A DNA stretch of 64,000 bases from Candidatus Bathyarchaeota archaeon (GTDB lineage: Archaea > Thermoproteota > Bathyarchaeia > Bathyarchaeales > Bathycorpusculaceae). The number at the start of each line of letters is the position of its first letter. Within the stretch, counting starts at the first letter, position 1. This document shows, piece by piece, positions 1-8,487 of this stretch. Where the stretch lies: NCBI GenBank assembly GCA_963702095.1, contig OY969706.1:2009840-2073839 (forward strand), written 5' to 3'. The notes below the pieces were generated by a model. It had not been told where the DNA came from and searched no databases. It saw only the letters and a program-made list of their open reading frames with translations. The position numbers were made by a program, and so were the translations under genes.

Positions 1-137
1 CCACGCAAACCTACATAGCGTCCCAGTCGCAGCACAGGCATGCGTTCCCATTCTTTGAGAATACGGATACCACTTAAGAAGAAAATTGCGATAAAAATAG
101 CTACAATACCTATTATTGGAAGTATAACATCAACCAT
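1..137 (-). CDS. SPFH/stomatin (band 7) family protein, N-terminal part; the gene runs off the window
   Basis: My own translation from the ATG at 135-137 on the minus strand gives MVDVILPIIGIVAIFIAIFFLSGIRILKEWERMPVLRLGRYVGLR. This is a TM helix followed by the 'E.ER.V..RLGR' start typical of SPFH domains. It lies directly downstream of an NfeD gene, as in nfeD-stomatin operons. Confidence 0.55.
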   Translation of the reverse strand, partial: MVDVILPIIGIVAIFIAIFFLSGIRILKEWERMPVLRLGRYVGLR

Positions 138-175
138 ACGCTTCGCCTTCAATAGGCTATCGGTAGTTTAGAGAG

Positions 176-571
176 TTAAGCTTTTTGCTCAACTGGCGTA
201 ACGATTAAAAACATGCCTTCCATATCGACCACTTCAACAGTTTGCCCAACAGGAAGCGAGCCAGTTTTAGAAGTTGCTTCCCAGAACTCGCCAAGGACAC
301 GAACTTCCCCTTTAGGTGCAAGCGCAGTGGTTACGATGCCTTTGGCGCCGATTAGGGCCTCTTTGCCAGTTTTGATTTTTTTGTGCTGCGCTCTAACGCC
401 GACATAGAGCAGCCAGGTTACAATAAGACCGAAGACTATGAGGATTAAAGCGATTACGGTTTCAACTTGTAGGGCTAAACCGTAATATACTATGCCAAAA
501 CCAGCGGATAAAATAAGAAATACGCCGACGGCGAATAAAACTCCTGCCAGAAAGGCTAGCCAAGCATGCAT
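176..571 (-). CDS. NfeD-family membrane protein (TM helices plus C-terminal OB-fold)
   Basis: 131-aa ORF with three hydrophobic helices and a C-terminal 'GKEALIGAKGIVTTALAPKGEVRVLGEFWEATS...VEVVDMEGMFLIV' segment typical of the NfeD C-terminal domain. Paired with a stomatin-like gene. Confidence 0.75.
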   Translation of the reverse strand: MHAWLAFLAGVLFAVGVFLILSAGFGIVYYGLALQVETVIALILIVFGLIVTWLLYVGVRAQHKKIKTGKEALIGAKGIVTTALAPKGEVRVLGEFWEATSKTGSLPVGQTVEVVDMEGMFLIVTPVEQKA

Positions 572-776
572 GCGAAATCCCTCTAAATAGGATAAGGGGA
601 TTCGGCTTATAAGTTATTACAAAAAAAAGTGGATTAGTTCCACTGTTGATTCACGAACAGTCTTAGTGACGAAGGCTCGTTTATGCTGCTAAACTGCGGC
701 GTTATAGATGGTCGTTTGCGTAGTGGTGGCGCAGGCATCGGAGACGGCGGTTCGAGTTCAATGGGGATTTCAGCGA

Positions 777-1712
777 TCAGTCTTGCTCGCCTCCATTGGC
801 TGTTGGGATAACGGTTGTTTCAAGGAGGGTTTCTCTGCGGATGATGACAACTTTGGCTTCTTTGCCAACAACATCTTCTGCTAGCAGCCTTGGCAAGTCA
901 TAGAAGTGGGTGACGGGTTTGCCGTTGAATTTCACCAGTACATCGCCCATGGCTAAGCCGGCTTTGCGTGCGGGGGAGCCTGCTTCGACACTGAAGATCA
1001 TGACGCCTGTTTCCTGTTCTAGCCCTGCTTGCTCGGCGATTTCTTCGGGGATGGCGACGGTGTTGGCTATGATGCCGAGGTAGCCGCGTTGTGCGGTTTT
1101 GCCGGTCATGAGTCGGTCTGTGATGGCTTTGACTTTGCTGCTGGGGATTGCTATGCCTCTTTGCCAGACGTAAGCGGTGTTTATGCCGATGAGTTTGCCT
1201 TCTGCGTCGATGAGTGGTCCGCCGCTGAAGCCGGGGTTGAGTTGTGCGTCGGTTGCGATGACGTTTTCCATGGCGGTGGCGCCTCTCCAGCCGCGGATGG
1301 TGCTGTTTACGCTGGTCACCATGCCCGATGTGGCGGTGGGCTGGCTTCTGTTGAACGGGTTAGCCAACGCCAAAACATATTGGCCCACGTTTAGTTTTTC
1401 GCTGTCACCCACCTCAATGGGCGTAAATTCCCCCTTCTCAGCCTTCAGCAAGGCAACGTCGTTGTATGGGTCAACCCCCACGATTTTTGCGTTTATGGTT
1501 TTTTCGCCTATGCCGATTTTGACTGTGCTGCATCCTTGAAGCACATGGCAGCAGGTGACTATGTAGCCGTCCGCTGTGAGGACGACTCCTGTGCCCCGTG
1601 ACATTTGAGCTTTTACGGCAACGACGGACTGCGCGGTTTTCTGGATTAGGCTGCTGGTTGCGTCTGAGAGCGACTTGAGGACTTCAAGCGGATTAGCAAG
1701 TTGTTGAGTCAT
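777..1712 (-). CDS. HtrA/DegP-like trypsin-fold serine protease with C-terminal PDZ domain
   Basis: 311-aa ORF. Catalytic-triad contexts are 'TCCHVLQG', 'YNDVALLK' and 'NPGFSGGPL'. PDZ-like 'GVMIFSVEAGSPARKAGLAMGDVLVKFNGKPV'. Confidence 0.9.
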   Translation of the reverse strand: MTQQLANPLEVLKSLSDATSSLIQKTAQSVVAVKAQMSRGTGVVLTADGYIVTCCHVLQGCSTVKIGIGEKTINAKIVGVDPYNDVALLKAEKGEFTPIEVGDSEKLNVGQYVLALANPFNRSQPTATSGMVTSVNSTIRGWRGATAMENVIATDAQLNPGFSGGPLIDAEGKLIGINTAYVWQRGIAIPSSKVKAITDRLMTGKTAQRGYLGIIANTVAIPEEIAEQAGLEQETGVMIFSVEAGSPARKAGLAMGDVLVKFNGKPVTHFYDLPRLLAEDVVGKEAKVVIIRRETLLETTVIPTANGGEQD

Positions 1713-2066
1713 ATTTTTTCACTGCAACAGTAATAGGCAAAAAAGTATTTGTTGACTAAGGAACCCCAAAAGTCAGTCACAAAAGCAGCGGTTTAGCGAA
1801 AGAGGCCCCTCCCTCTATAGGTTTCTGCATAGATATGCTATTAGGATCCTAATATGATTCCCAAAGTCCTGAATTTGCAAATTAGTGAAGCAATGAACAG
1901 CAAAATACAGTCGGGCACTAGGCATGACCCATTCGGACAACTTCCGCCCGCACCACAACTAACCCCCAGCCAACCCTATAAGCAATTTTGCGCCACAAAA
2001 CATCCTTCTAAAAAAACCTAAACAAACAGTTGCTACTCGAATTCGGAACGGGGCTTCTCCGTCTGC

Positions 2067-2258
2067 TTAATAATGTACTGAATAACAAAAAACCGAAACT
2101 TCCCCATGATGCGGAACCCACGTAGTCAAAACCCTGCCCCCAGCGCTCTTCTTAAAAGTCGTATGCTTACCCGAACGAACCTCAACAAAACCGTTCGACT
2201 GCAGAATCTCAATGACTTTTCGCTGAGGAAGCGGTCGAAGCTTGCGTATCAGGATCAT
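2067..2258 (-). CDS. hicA: HicA-like toxin (YcfA/HicA mRNA interferase family)
   Basis: 63-aa ORF. 'RKVIEILQSNGFVEVRSGKHTTFKK...' matches the HicA dsRBD-like core. It overlaps the 3' end of the upstream HicB-like ORF. Confidence 0.7.
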   Translation of the reverse strand: MILIRKLRPLPQRKVIEILQSNGFVEVRSGKHTTFKKSAGGRVLTTWVPHHGEVSVFCYSVHY

Positions 2259-2436
2259 GGAGGTAATCGTTAATCAAATCCGCCATGTTCTCCTTAACCT
2301 CCACCTCAGACTTGCCTTGCGTAGCAATATCCAGCAGCGGGCAAGAAGCAACAAACCACTTCCCCTCACGCGCAATAATAATGGGAAACGGCAATTGAAC
2401 AGACACATCGAACACCCTTACAACAAACAACCACAA
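2209..2436 (-). CDS. hicB: HicB-like antitoxin (UPF0150 fold); the true start is probably internal
   Basis: 'FPIIIAREGKWFVASCPLLDIATQGKSEVEVKENMADLINDYL' resembles the HicB N-terminal domain. Adjacent to and overlapping hicA. Confidence 0.65.
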   Translation of the reverse strand: MWLFVVRVFDVSVQLPFPIIIAREGKWFVASCPLLDIATQGKSEVEVKENMADLINDYLHDPDTQASTASSAKSH

Positions 2437-2611
2437 TAAAGATATAAATTATTTCTAAAAACCAGCGCCACTACAAAACCCAAACAGGAAAAAATGGATA
2501 CTCTAACACGATTTAGGCTCTGGGGGCTACACCAGCCTTTCGTTTTAAGGGGCGTATAAATGTCAATGCACTTCAACGGAAGACTTTCCAGCAGCGCCCC
2601 GCGCCCTTGGG

Positions 2612-2989
2612 CTAGATTATTTTGATGTTTGCCTCAGCCAGACACTCAAACCCCTTATCCCTCGTCAACAACACATCCCCACACGCAACCACAACCCCCG
2701 CAATCAACAAATCATTCTCATTAATCATCGTCCCCTTTCCCCGCAGCCTCCCAAAAAGCAACGCAGCCTGCCTAGCCGCAGCCCCATCAAACGGGCAAAC
2801 CCTAACGGCAGAGAGAAACTTTTCTGCAACCTCCCGCTTCAACACATCACCATGCTTGAGCAGTTCATACTCGGTTATGGCTGTGGTCTTAAGGGTATCC
2901 CGCTTCGCAAGACCCTTTATCATCGAGACCACCTTTTCGTCGCCAGCCAAAAAATCAATCACAACGCTGGTATCAAGAAACGTCATCAA
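2612..2989 (-). CDS. vapC: PIN-domain ribonuclease toxin VapC
   Basis: 125-aa ORF. N-terminal 'FLDTSVVIDFL' acidic motif, and 'LLTRDKGF' near the C-terminus. Follows a VapB-like ORF after a 1-nt spacer. Confidence 0.85.
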   Translation of the reverse strand: MMTFLDTSVVIDFLAGDEKVVSMIKGLAKRDTLKTTAITEYELLKHGDVLKREVAEKFLSAVRVCPFDGAAARQAALLFGRLRGKGTMINENDLLIAGVVVACGDVLLTRDKGFECLAEANIKII

Positions 2990-2990
2990 A

Positions 2991-3224
2991 TCACTTCAAG
3001 CTACGCCCGTAGTTAGCTTCCCGTTCCTCTGCGATCTTGGCTTTTAACTCTTCAAGAGCCTTCTTTTCACCCTTGAGAGCGCCCGCAAAAACCATGATGT
3101 CGGGTTTTTCTTCTTTGCCGCAAAGGCTTTCCTTTATGACCTCTGAGAAACTGCGTTTGCCTTTCTTCTCTAACAGTAACTCGTACACTTCGTTTGAAAC
3201 GGAAATTTGTCTAGCCAATTTCAT
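2991..3224 (-). CDS. vapB: VapB-type antitoxin (small archaeal antitoxin family)
   Basis: 'MKLARQISVSNEVYELLLEKKGKRSFSEVIKESL' matches the archaeal VapB-like pattern '..tI.vsdevye.L...K...eSFSevI'. I chose the internal Met; the ORF is open up to 3248. Confidence 0.7.
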   Translation of the reverse strand: MKLARQISVSNEVYELLLEKKGKRSFSEVIKESLCGKEEKPDIMVFAGALKGEKKALEELKAKIAEEREANYGRSLK

Positions 3225-3339
3225 CAACACTCTTTCAAGCATATACATATGTATACATATCGATAAAAATGCTTCTGCTCAAGAAATAAGGGCAAACCAA
3301 AACCGCTTAACAACCTTCACAAAAAACCCTGTGCGGCCA

Positions 3340-3441
3340 TCACTTTTTGCCGCCCTTCTTCGCACAAGCACTACTACAATACTTCGACTTCGCATCAAAC
3401 GTAGTACAGGTCTTCTTACAGACTGAACATTTCTTTTCCAT
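3340..3441 (-). CDS. Small 33-aa Cys-rich protein (possible zinc-binding), absent from the ORF track
   Basis: Own translation: MEKKCSVCKKTCTTFDAKSKYCSSACAKKGGKK. A strong SD-like GGAGGAGGG lies about 6 nt upstream of the ATG (minus strand, 3448-3456). Confidence 0.45.
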   Translation of the reverse strand: MEKKCSVCKKTCTTFDAKSKYCSSACAKKGGKK

Positions 3442-3769
3442 AACATTCCCTCCTCCATATTGCGGTTTTAATAAATTAATATTTTACCCAAATCACGGTG
3501 ACTTCTGCTGCTCTCAAGAGACCCCCCTCCCCCCTATAAAAAGGCGAAACAGGGCATACGGAAAGATCGGAGTGACTTTCTAAGGCGGGAGAGCGAACAC
3601 AAACTGTCAAAAATTGACTAAAGTATTACACACGAAGCCTAAAGGGCGAGTAGTCGGTCGGACAGTCTGTCAATTTTAGTAGGATTAAAGGGGAAGTAAA
3701 CGCAAAAACTAAAAGCTGTAACAATAAACATTTGCAGAAAGACTACCAAATAGCATGAGTGAATAGTCT

Positions 3770-4546
3770 GTGCGAACAGAACACCATCATCCAGTATTCA
3801 AAGAGCTTGATGCAAAAATAAAAATTTGGCATTATATGAGTTTTGCTAAATACGTCTCACTTCTCGATAGAAAGGCATTACACTTTTCGAGAGTAGACTG
3901 TTTTAAAGACGACCCACTTGAGGGTGCCTTGCCAGAGCATATATTTGACCCAATTCTTGAAGCACAAGCTACAGAAGAACAACGGCGCATTCTTAAAATT
4001 AACAAAGAAAGGCTCAAAACAGGTAATGAATTGACTATGAGGGAGCTAGTTATAAACTGCTGGCACATTGATGAATGTGCATCTGATTATATGTGGACAC
4101 AATTCTTGAAATGCGAGGAAGGGGTTGCCATCCAATCAACTTTTAAACGGCTCTCAGATACTTTTGCCAACTATAACGAAAATGACGTGTACATTGGTGC
4201 GATAGATTACATTGACCACGAAAAGGACACTATACCGTGGGACAATGCATTTTATCCGTTTGTTCATAAAAATAGAAACAAGTTTGAACACGAAAAAGAG
4301 CTAAGAGTCGTTTTGTCAAAAAATATTAGATTGGAACTTGCCAAAGCCCAAGAAAGAGGCTATGACAAAATAGTGGATACTATTGAATTTCCAGTTAATG
4401 GTATAGAGGTTCAAATTGATTTACAAACATTGATTGAAAAAGTAGTCGTTTCTCCAAAAGCTGGAAAATGGTTTGAAGAAGTAGTACAGTCAGTAACAAA
4501 GAAATATGGTCTAAATAAAGCAGTAATCAAATCTTTAGCTACTTAA
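3770..4546 (+). CDS. DUF2971-family protein
   Basis: 258-aa ORF with a GTG start. 'IWHYMSFAKYVSLLDRKALHFSRVDCFKDDPLEG' fits the DUF2971 N-terminal signature (hYHYts...l..il....l.fs....lNDp.E). Lies in an A+T-richer stretch. Confidence 0.7.
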   Translation: MRTEHHHPVFKELDAKIKIWHYMSFAKYVSLLDRKALHFSRVDCFKDDPLEGALPEHIFDPILEAQATEEQRRILKINKERLKTGNELTMRELVINCWHIDECASDYMWTQFLKCEEGVAIQSTFKRLSDTFANYNENDVYIGAIDYIDHEKDTIPWDNAFYPFVHKNRNKFEHEKELRVVLSKNIRLELAKAQERGYDKIVDTIEFPVNGIEVQIDLQTLIEKVVVSPKAGKWFEEVVQSVTKKYGLNKAVIKSLAT

Positions 4547-4660
4547 CGCTTCAACCTCCCCTACTTCCGCCCATGTACAATTTTAATTTTTTCAAAAAGT
4601 GACTTCTAAAAAACGCTAATCCGAATCGTTCAAAAATCTTAAATCTGCCAACAAGCAGAA

Positions 4661-5002
4661 TTGGCTAATATGAATCAAAATAGCTCTAAAAATCAAATGC
4701 GTTTGGTCTTTTGGTTTGCTATATTTCCTCCGTTCATTTTAGGGCTATATCCCTTTGTTGTCAACACCGAGTACGTCGTTACAATTGCCAATGGCTTAGT
4801 GACGGCACAAAGTATACTTGTCGCTCTCGCTATTTTTTCAATTGATAGAGGCAATAAAAGTAAACGTTCTTTACACCTTTTTGCACTTTTGCTTCTTTTG
4901 CTTGTTGATGTAGTTGGTGGTTATCAGTTAATTTTAGCTAACGAATTGTTGGTGGCGGCTAAAGTGTTCTTAGAGTGTTTATTGTTTCATGCTGGTTTTT
5001 GA
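4661..5002 (+). CDS. Hypothetical small membrane protein (about 3 TM helices)
   Basis: 113-aa ORF with an alternative start. The hydrophobic segments are the only evidence. Confidence 0.4.
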   Translation: MANMNQNSSKNQMRLVFWFAIFPPFILGLYPFVVNTEYVVTIANGLVTAQSILVALAIFSIDRGNKSKRSLHLFALLLLLLVDVVGGYQLILANELLVAAKVFLECLLFHAGF

Positions 5003-5134
5003 TGGACTTGTGGATGACACAGTAAGTTATTCATATTTTCATGTTTACCACTCTTGAGCATATTCACTAAGGTTTGATTTACTTAGGAACTAAGTATATG
5101 ACATAATCCCACTTTACCAAAAACTTAAATCAAA

Positions 5135-5641
5135 ATGCATAAAATAGGGCAAATGAGGATGATTGAACTGTCTGAAGAGAAGAAAGGAACCCTTAACATT
5201 CTGATAGGTTTCAAAACAAGTAATGCTGATTGTGGAACGTTTAATCCATGGAATGCCTATGCCCTCAAAAGTATGGGTTACACAGGAGGCGCAGTAGACC
5301 CAAAAAATTGGTCATACAATGTGCGAGGTGATTTATATGAAGTCCCAGACATAGCTCGCAAAAACCATGAATGTGGTGGCAGCGTAAACGTTTGCGGATT
5401 AGACCCTACAGGCTGTAGCATTGCGTTATCGCATGTTTTTTACATTGACGAAACTGGTCATGGTGAAAAACCTTACCATTGGAATCACGAGATTTATACT
5501 AGAAAAGGGGATGGAGAATGGGTTCTGTTCGATAAAAAAATGACAGAGAATCACATAATTCCGATTTCAGAGTGGATTGAAATATCAGTAAAAGAATCCG
5601 ATGGAAACGTTGTGGCAAAAAAAGTTAATAGAAACAAATAA
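5135..5641 (+). CDS. Hypothetical protein (no family recognised)
   Basis: 168-aa ORF with non-repetitive, protein-like composition, co-oriented with the two preceding ORFs. Confidence 0.5.
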   Translation: MHKIGQMRMIELSEEKKGTLNILIGFKTSNADCGTFNPWNAYALKSMGYTGGAVDPKNWSYNVRGDLYEVPDIARKNHECGGSVNVCGLDPTGCSIALSHVFYIDETGHGEKPYHWNHEIYTRKGDGEWVLFDKKMTENHIIPISEWIEISVKESDGNVVAKKVNRNK

Positions 5642-5869
5642 AACCTCCGCGGTCTAAAAACATATTCCAACACGTAAGCAGTTCTAAAAAAAATAAACCA
5701 TCTTTTCAAAACGGTTTGGAATTAAAAAGAATTTTACAACAACTTCAAAAAGCCGTAACAAGCTTCCAATCCGCTTTTTCTGAAAGCGATCAAATAAACG
5801 ACCATGCCTAAAACAGAATTTGCAGAATTCATCTTTCAGATGTCTTGTCACAGTATTGCGAAGCAAGCG

Positions 5870-6148
5870 TTAAGGTCCAAGTATTTTTTCTATCTCCGCT
5901 AAATGCTCCGCTACCTTTTTTCCCCTATCACTCAAGGAATATTTAGGTGCGCCTGACGACATGTCGATGTCTAAAAGCCCGTTTTCGTCTAGGAATTGTT
6001 TTGCCGAGTAGAAAGCCCTCTGACCTGAAGCAGAACTTTTTAGAATTTTTGTGGTTTTTGAGTTTGGATGCTTGTAGAGATATAAAATTAGCCTGTTAAC
6101 AGCAGTTAATTCATCGAATTCGTCGAATTTCATGCCGATTTCAGCCAT
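5870..6148 (-). CDS. Small winged-helix DNA-binding protein (putative transcriptional regulator)
   Basis: Internal Met start gives 'MAEIGMKFDEFDELTAVNRLILYLYKHPNSKTTKILK...KYSLSDRGKKVAEHL', a wHTH-like pattern. The ORF is open up to 6262. Confidence 0.5.
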   Translation of the reverse strand: MAEIGMKFDEFDELTAVNRLILYLYKHPNSKTTKILKSSASGQRAFYSAKQFLDENGLLDIDMSSGAPKYSLSDRGKKVAEHLAEIEKILGP

Positions 6149-6285
6149 TACAAGTTTATCGCAACCTTGTTCTTTTTGACTATTATCTTTTTGTATGCAT
6201 AGTGAGTATGCAATATGCACAAGACTTATATGTGAAAACGTGTGCAAATTGAATATGCACAAAACACATTAAAAATGGTGATACC

Positions 6286-6768
6286 TTGAAAAGAGAAAAA
6301 ACTAACCCACTCCCACAGGGGGATATAAAAAACTTAATCGACAAGTTGCCTGAAGAACTCAGGGCAAAATACAAAACGCAAGCGTGTGTGTGTTGTGATG
6401 TTGTTGAGTGTTTGAAGGTTGTGGCGGCGTTGAAGTTGTGGTGTGATCGTGGTTATCGGGAGGTGGAGTTTAGTGCGCCGTTGACGTGGGGTAGGAAAAA
6501 GTTTTTTGTTGATGTTTTGGCGAGGAAGGGGGATGGTGTGGTTGGGGTTGAGTGTATGCCGAGTCTCAATTTGGGGTGGTTGCGTGGGCGTATGGCGTTG
6601 TTGCGTCGCTGTTTGGGTCCAGACACTTATTTTGTTATTGTTTTTCCCTCAACGGTGGATAAGCGGGTTGATAAGGCGGCTTTTTTAGCTGACGAAGTAT
6701 GGGTCACCAGCGAGGACAACGACAAGGTGGCACGCACGATGTTTGTCTCGGTCTGCCATAAAGGATGA
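6286..6768 (+). CDS. Hypothetical protein, strongly G+T-skewed coding strand; possible nuclease-like core (weak)
   Basis: 160-aa ORF. 'FFVDVLARKGDGVVGVECMPS' is vaguely PD-(D/E)xK-like but lacks the Lys. Divergent from the wHTH gene. Confidence 0.4.
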   Translation: MKREKTNPLPQGDIKNLIDKLPEELRAKYKTQACVCCDVVECLKVVAALKLWCDRGYREVEFSAPLTWGRKKFFVDVLARKGDGVVGVECMPSLNLGWLRGRMALLRRCLGPDTYFVIVFPSTVDKRVDKAAFLADEVWVTSEDNDKVARTMFVSVCHKG

Positions 6769-6793
6769 AAATGCCAAACGCAGTCAAGCCTGT

Positions 6794-7423
6794 TTAGGTT
6801 AGGAGGTAGCTGCTGCCGAAGTAGCCCACATTCCTTGTCGCTGCTGAAGCTGTCTGTGAGCTGATGCAGACTTTGCCGATAAGCGACATCAACTGGTAGG
6901 AGGCTTTGAGGGCTAAGTTGAGGTTGTTGTTGGTTAAGAATTTGGCTTCGATGTTTAGTGCGGTGCCCTGTATGTTAGCGGCGACTTGTATTCCGCCATC
7001 CTCAGTGATCCACTTCAAGGTGACGCCTTGGTTGTTCTCGGATATGCCTAGCCAGCGGAGCATGCCGAACCATTTGCCACGGAGCTGTAAAATCAGCTGT
7101 TGGGTCATCAAGTCCGAGGGCAGATAGGTCTGTATAAGTGTCGTCGATGGGGTTTCGGTACGGGGCGGGGTGAGTTTGACTTCTGTGATTTTTGGGGTAA
7201 CCCGGTAGCCTTGGGGACCCTTTTTTATGATGCCTTCCTCTTCGAGGTGGCCCAGGATGCGGCTGAGGGTTTCGGGGTGTAGTCCTGTTCTGCGTTTCAG
7301 TCCGTCGAAGGTGAAGGTGGCGAAGTCTTCGGTTTCAATCAGTGCCAACACGTCTACGTCGCGTTCGCTAAGGGAGTAGTCGGTTGCTGCATTTTGCAGA
7401 TTAACGTTTAGAATAGGTACCAT
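6794..7423 (-). CDS. wHTH-domain protein with an uncharacterised C-terminal domain
   Basis: 'DVLALIETEDFATFTFDGLKRRTGLHPETLSRILGHLEEEGIIKKGPQGYRVT' is a classic winged-helix segment. Start chosen at the internal Met (MVPILNV); the ORF is open up to 7468. Confidence 0.6.
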   Translation of the reverse strand: MVPILNVNLQNAATDYSLSERDVDVLALIETEDFATFTFDGLKRRTGLHPETLSRILGHLEEEGIIKKGPQGYRVTPKITEVKLTPPRTETPSTTLIQTYLPSDLMTQQLILQLRGKWFGMLRWLGISENNQGVTLKWITEDGGIQVAANIQGTALNIEAKFLTNNNLNLALKASYQLMSLIGKVCISSQTASAATRNVGYFGSSYLLT

Positions 7424-7755
7424 TATTGTATGGATGGCTGGGATGTTGCTTTTGAAGGTTACCCACATTACCCAGGATTATCCATGGAAAAACAGGATTA
7501 AATTAAAAACTAATTGCTCAGCGAACCGAACGTCCAGCAATGGGCAAACTAGGAATCCAACTCGGGGATACAATGGCTGCTGGGCGTTGATTCGCCGAGC
7601 CTTACTCGCTTTTGGCTTTGCGATTCTCGGCAAACTATATGGTTGGTTGAGGGCTCTTAAGAGTTTCACAAATAATCTATATAGAGAAAAGATTCTACAT
7701 AGGAATTTCTTAACTTACTCCCATGAGAAAGTATAGTTGAGAGCGTGAATAGAAC

Positions 7756-7908
7756 TTGAAGGTTAAATGCATAGGCTGCGACCATAAATTCGAGGTTTAT
7801 CCTGAGAATTTTTCTAACCACGAAATAATTTTTTGTCCAGTATGCGGTTTAGACCATGAAGTAATCAAGAAAACCAGCCATGCCATAGTGGCGTCCCCCA
7901 TTTTATAG
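7756..7908 (+). CDS. Possible 50-aa zinc-ribbon protein (CxxC...CxxC), TTG start
   Basis: Own translation: LKVKCIGCDHKFEVYPENFSNHEIIFCPVCGLDHEVIKKTSHAIVASPIL. Two CxxC knuckles give a LysW-like topology. There is no ATG and only a weak RBS. Confidence 0.3.
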   Translation: MKVKCIGCDHKFEVYPENFSNHEIIFCPVCGLDHEVIKKTSHAIVASPIL

Positions 7909-7959
7909 CTGACAACGCAAGTCTTAAGGCTTTTAAACTCAAAATGCTAGTCTTGAGTT

Positions 7960-8487
7960 ATGAAAGAAGTCGAAGCCAAAATCTTAGAAATAAACAAAGA
8001 AAAAACCGTCAAAAACCTCACAGCATCCGGAGCGTCAAGAGTTTTTGACGGCGAAATATTAACCCTCTTTCTAGACTTCCCCGACAATCGAATCCACAAA
8101 AGAAGAGACGTTCTGAGGCTAAGAAAAGAGGGAGACAAATCAGAGTTAACATACAAAAAAATTGAAGAGAACAAAGCGGTTAAGCAAGCGCAAGAATACT
8201 CCGTGGAAATCTCCGACATAGAAACAACCCAAAATATTCTACAGAACCTCGGGTTGGGGGTGACACAGAAAATGGAGAAACATAGGCTCAGCTATAAAAT
8301 AGGGCACGTCCGCTTTGACATTGACCGCTATACTGGTGAATACCGATTTATTCCCGAATTTCTTGAGATTGAAGGGCCCGAGGAGGATATCAAAAAGTAC
8401 GCCAAGGTTTTGGGTTTCCAAGAAAAGGATTGTTTGCCTTGGTCCACAGACGAATTAATCCGTCATTATCAAGGTAAAAGGGTTTAG
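7960..8487 (+). CDS. CYTH-domain protein (triphosphate tunnel metalloenzyme; CyaB/inorganic triphosphatase-like)
   Basis: 175-aa ORF. N-terminal 'EVEAK' is the ExExK signature. 'VLRLRKEGDKSELTYKK' and 'FDIDRY...PEFLEIEG' are strands typical of CYTH. Confidence 0.85.
   Translation: MKEVEAKILEINKEKTVKNLTASGASRVFDGEILTLFLDFPDNRIHKRRDVLRLRKEGDKSELTYKKIEENKAVKQAQEYSVEISDIETTQNILQNLGLGVTQKMEKHRLSYKIGHVRFDIDRYTGEYRFIPEFLEIEGPEEDIKKYAKVLGFQEKDCLPWSTDELIRHYQGKRV

Noticed and set aside
5684-5866. 60-aa minus-strand ORF between the 168-aa ORF and the wHTH gene
   Set aside because: It has a basic, Phe-rich, low-complexity translation, with no ATG or RBS context that I could support. It is probably intergenic.
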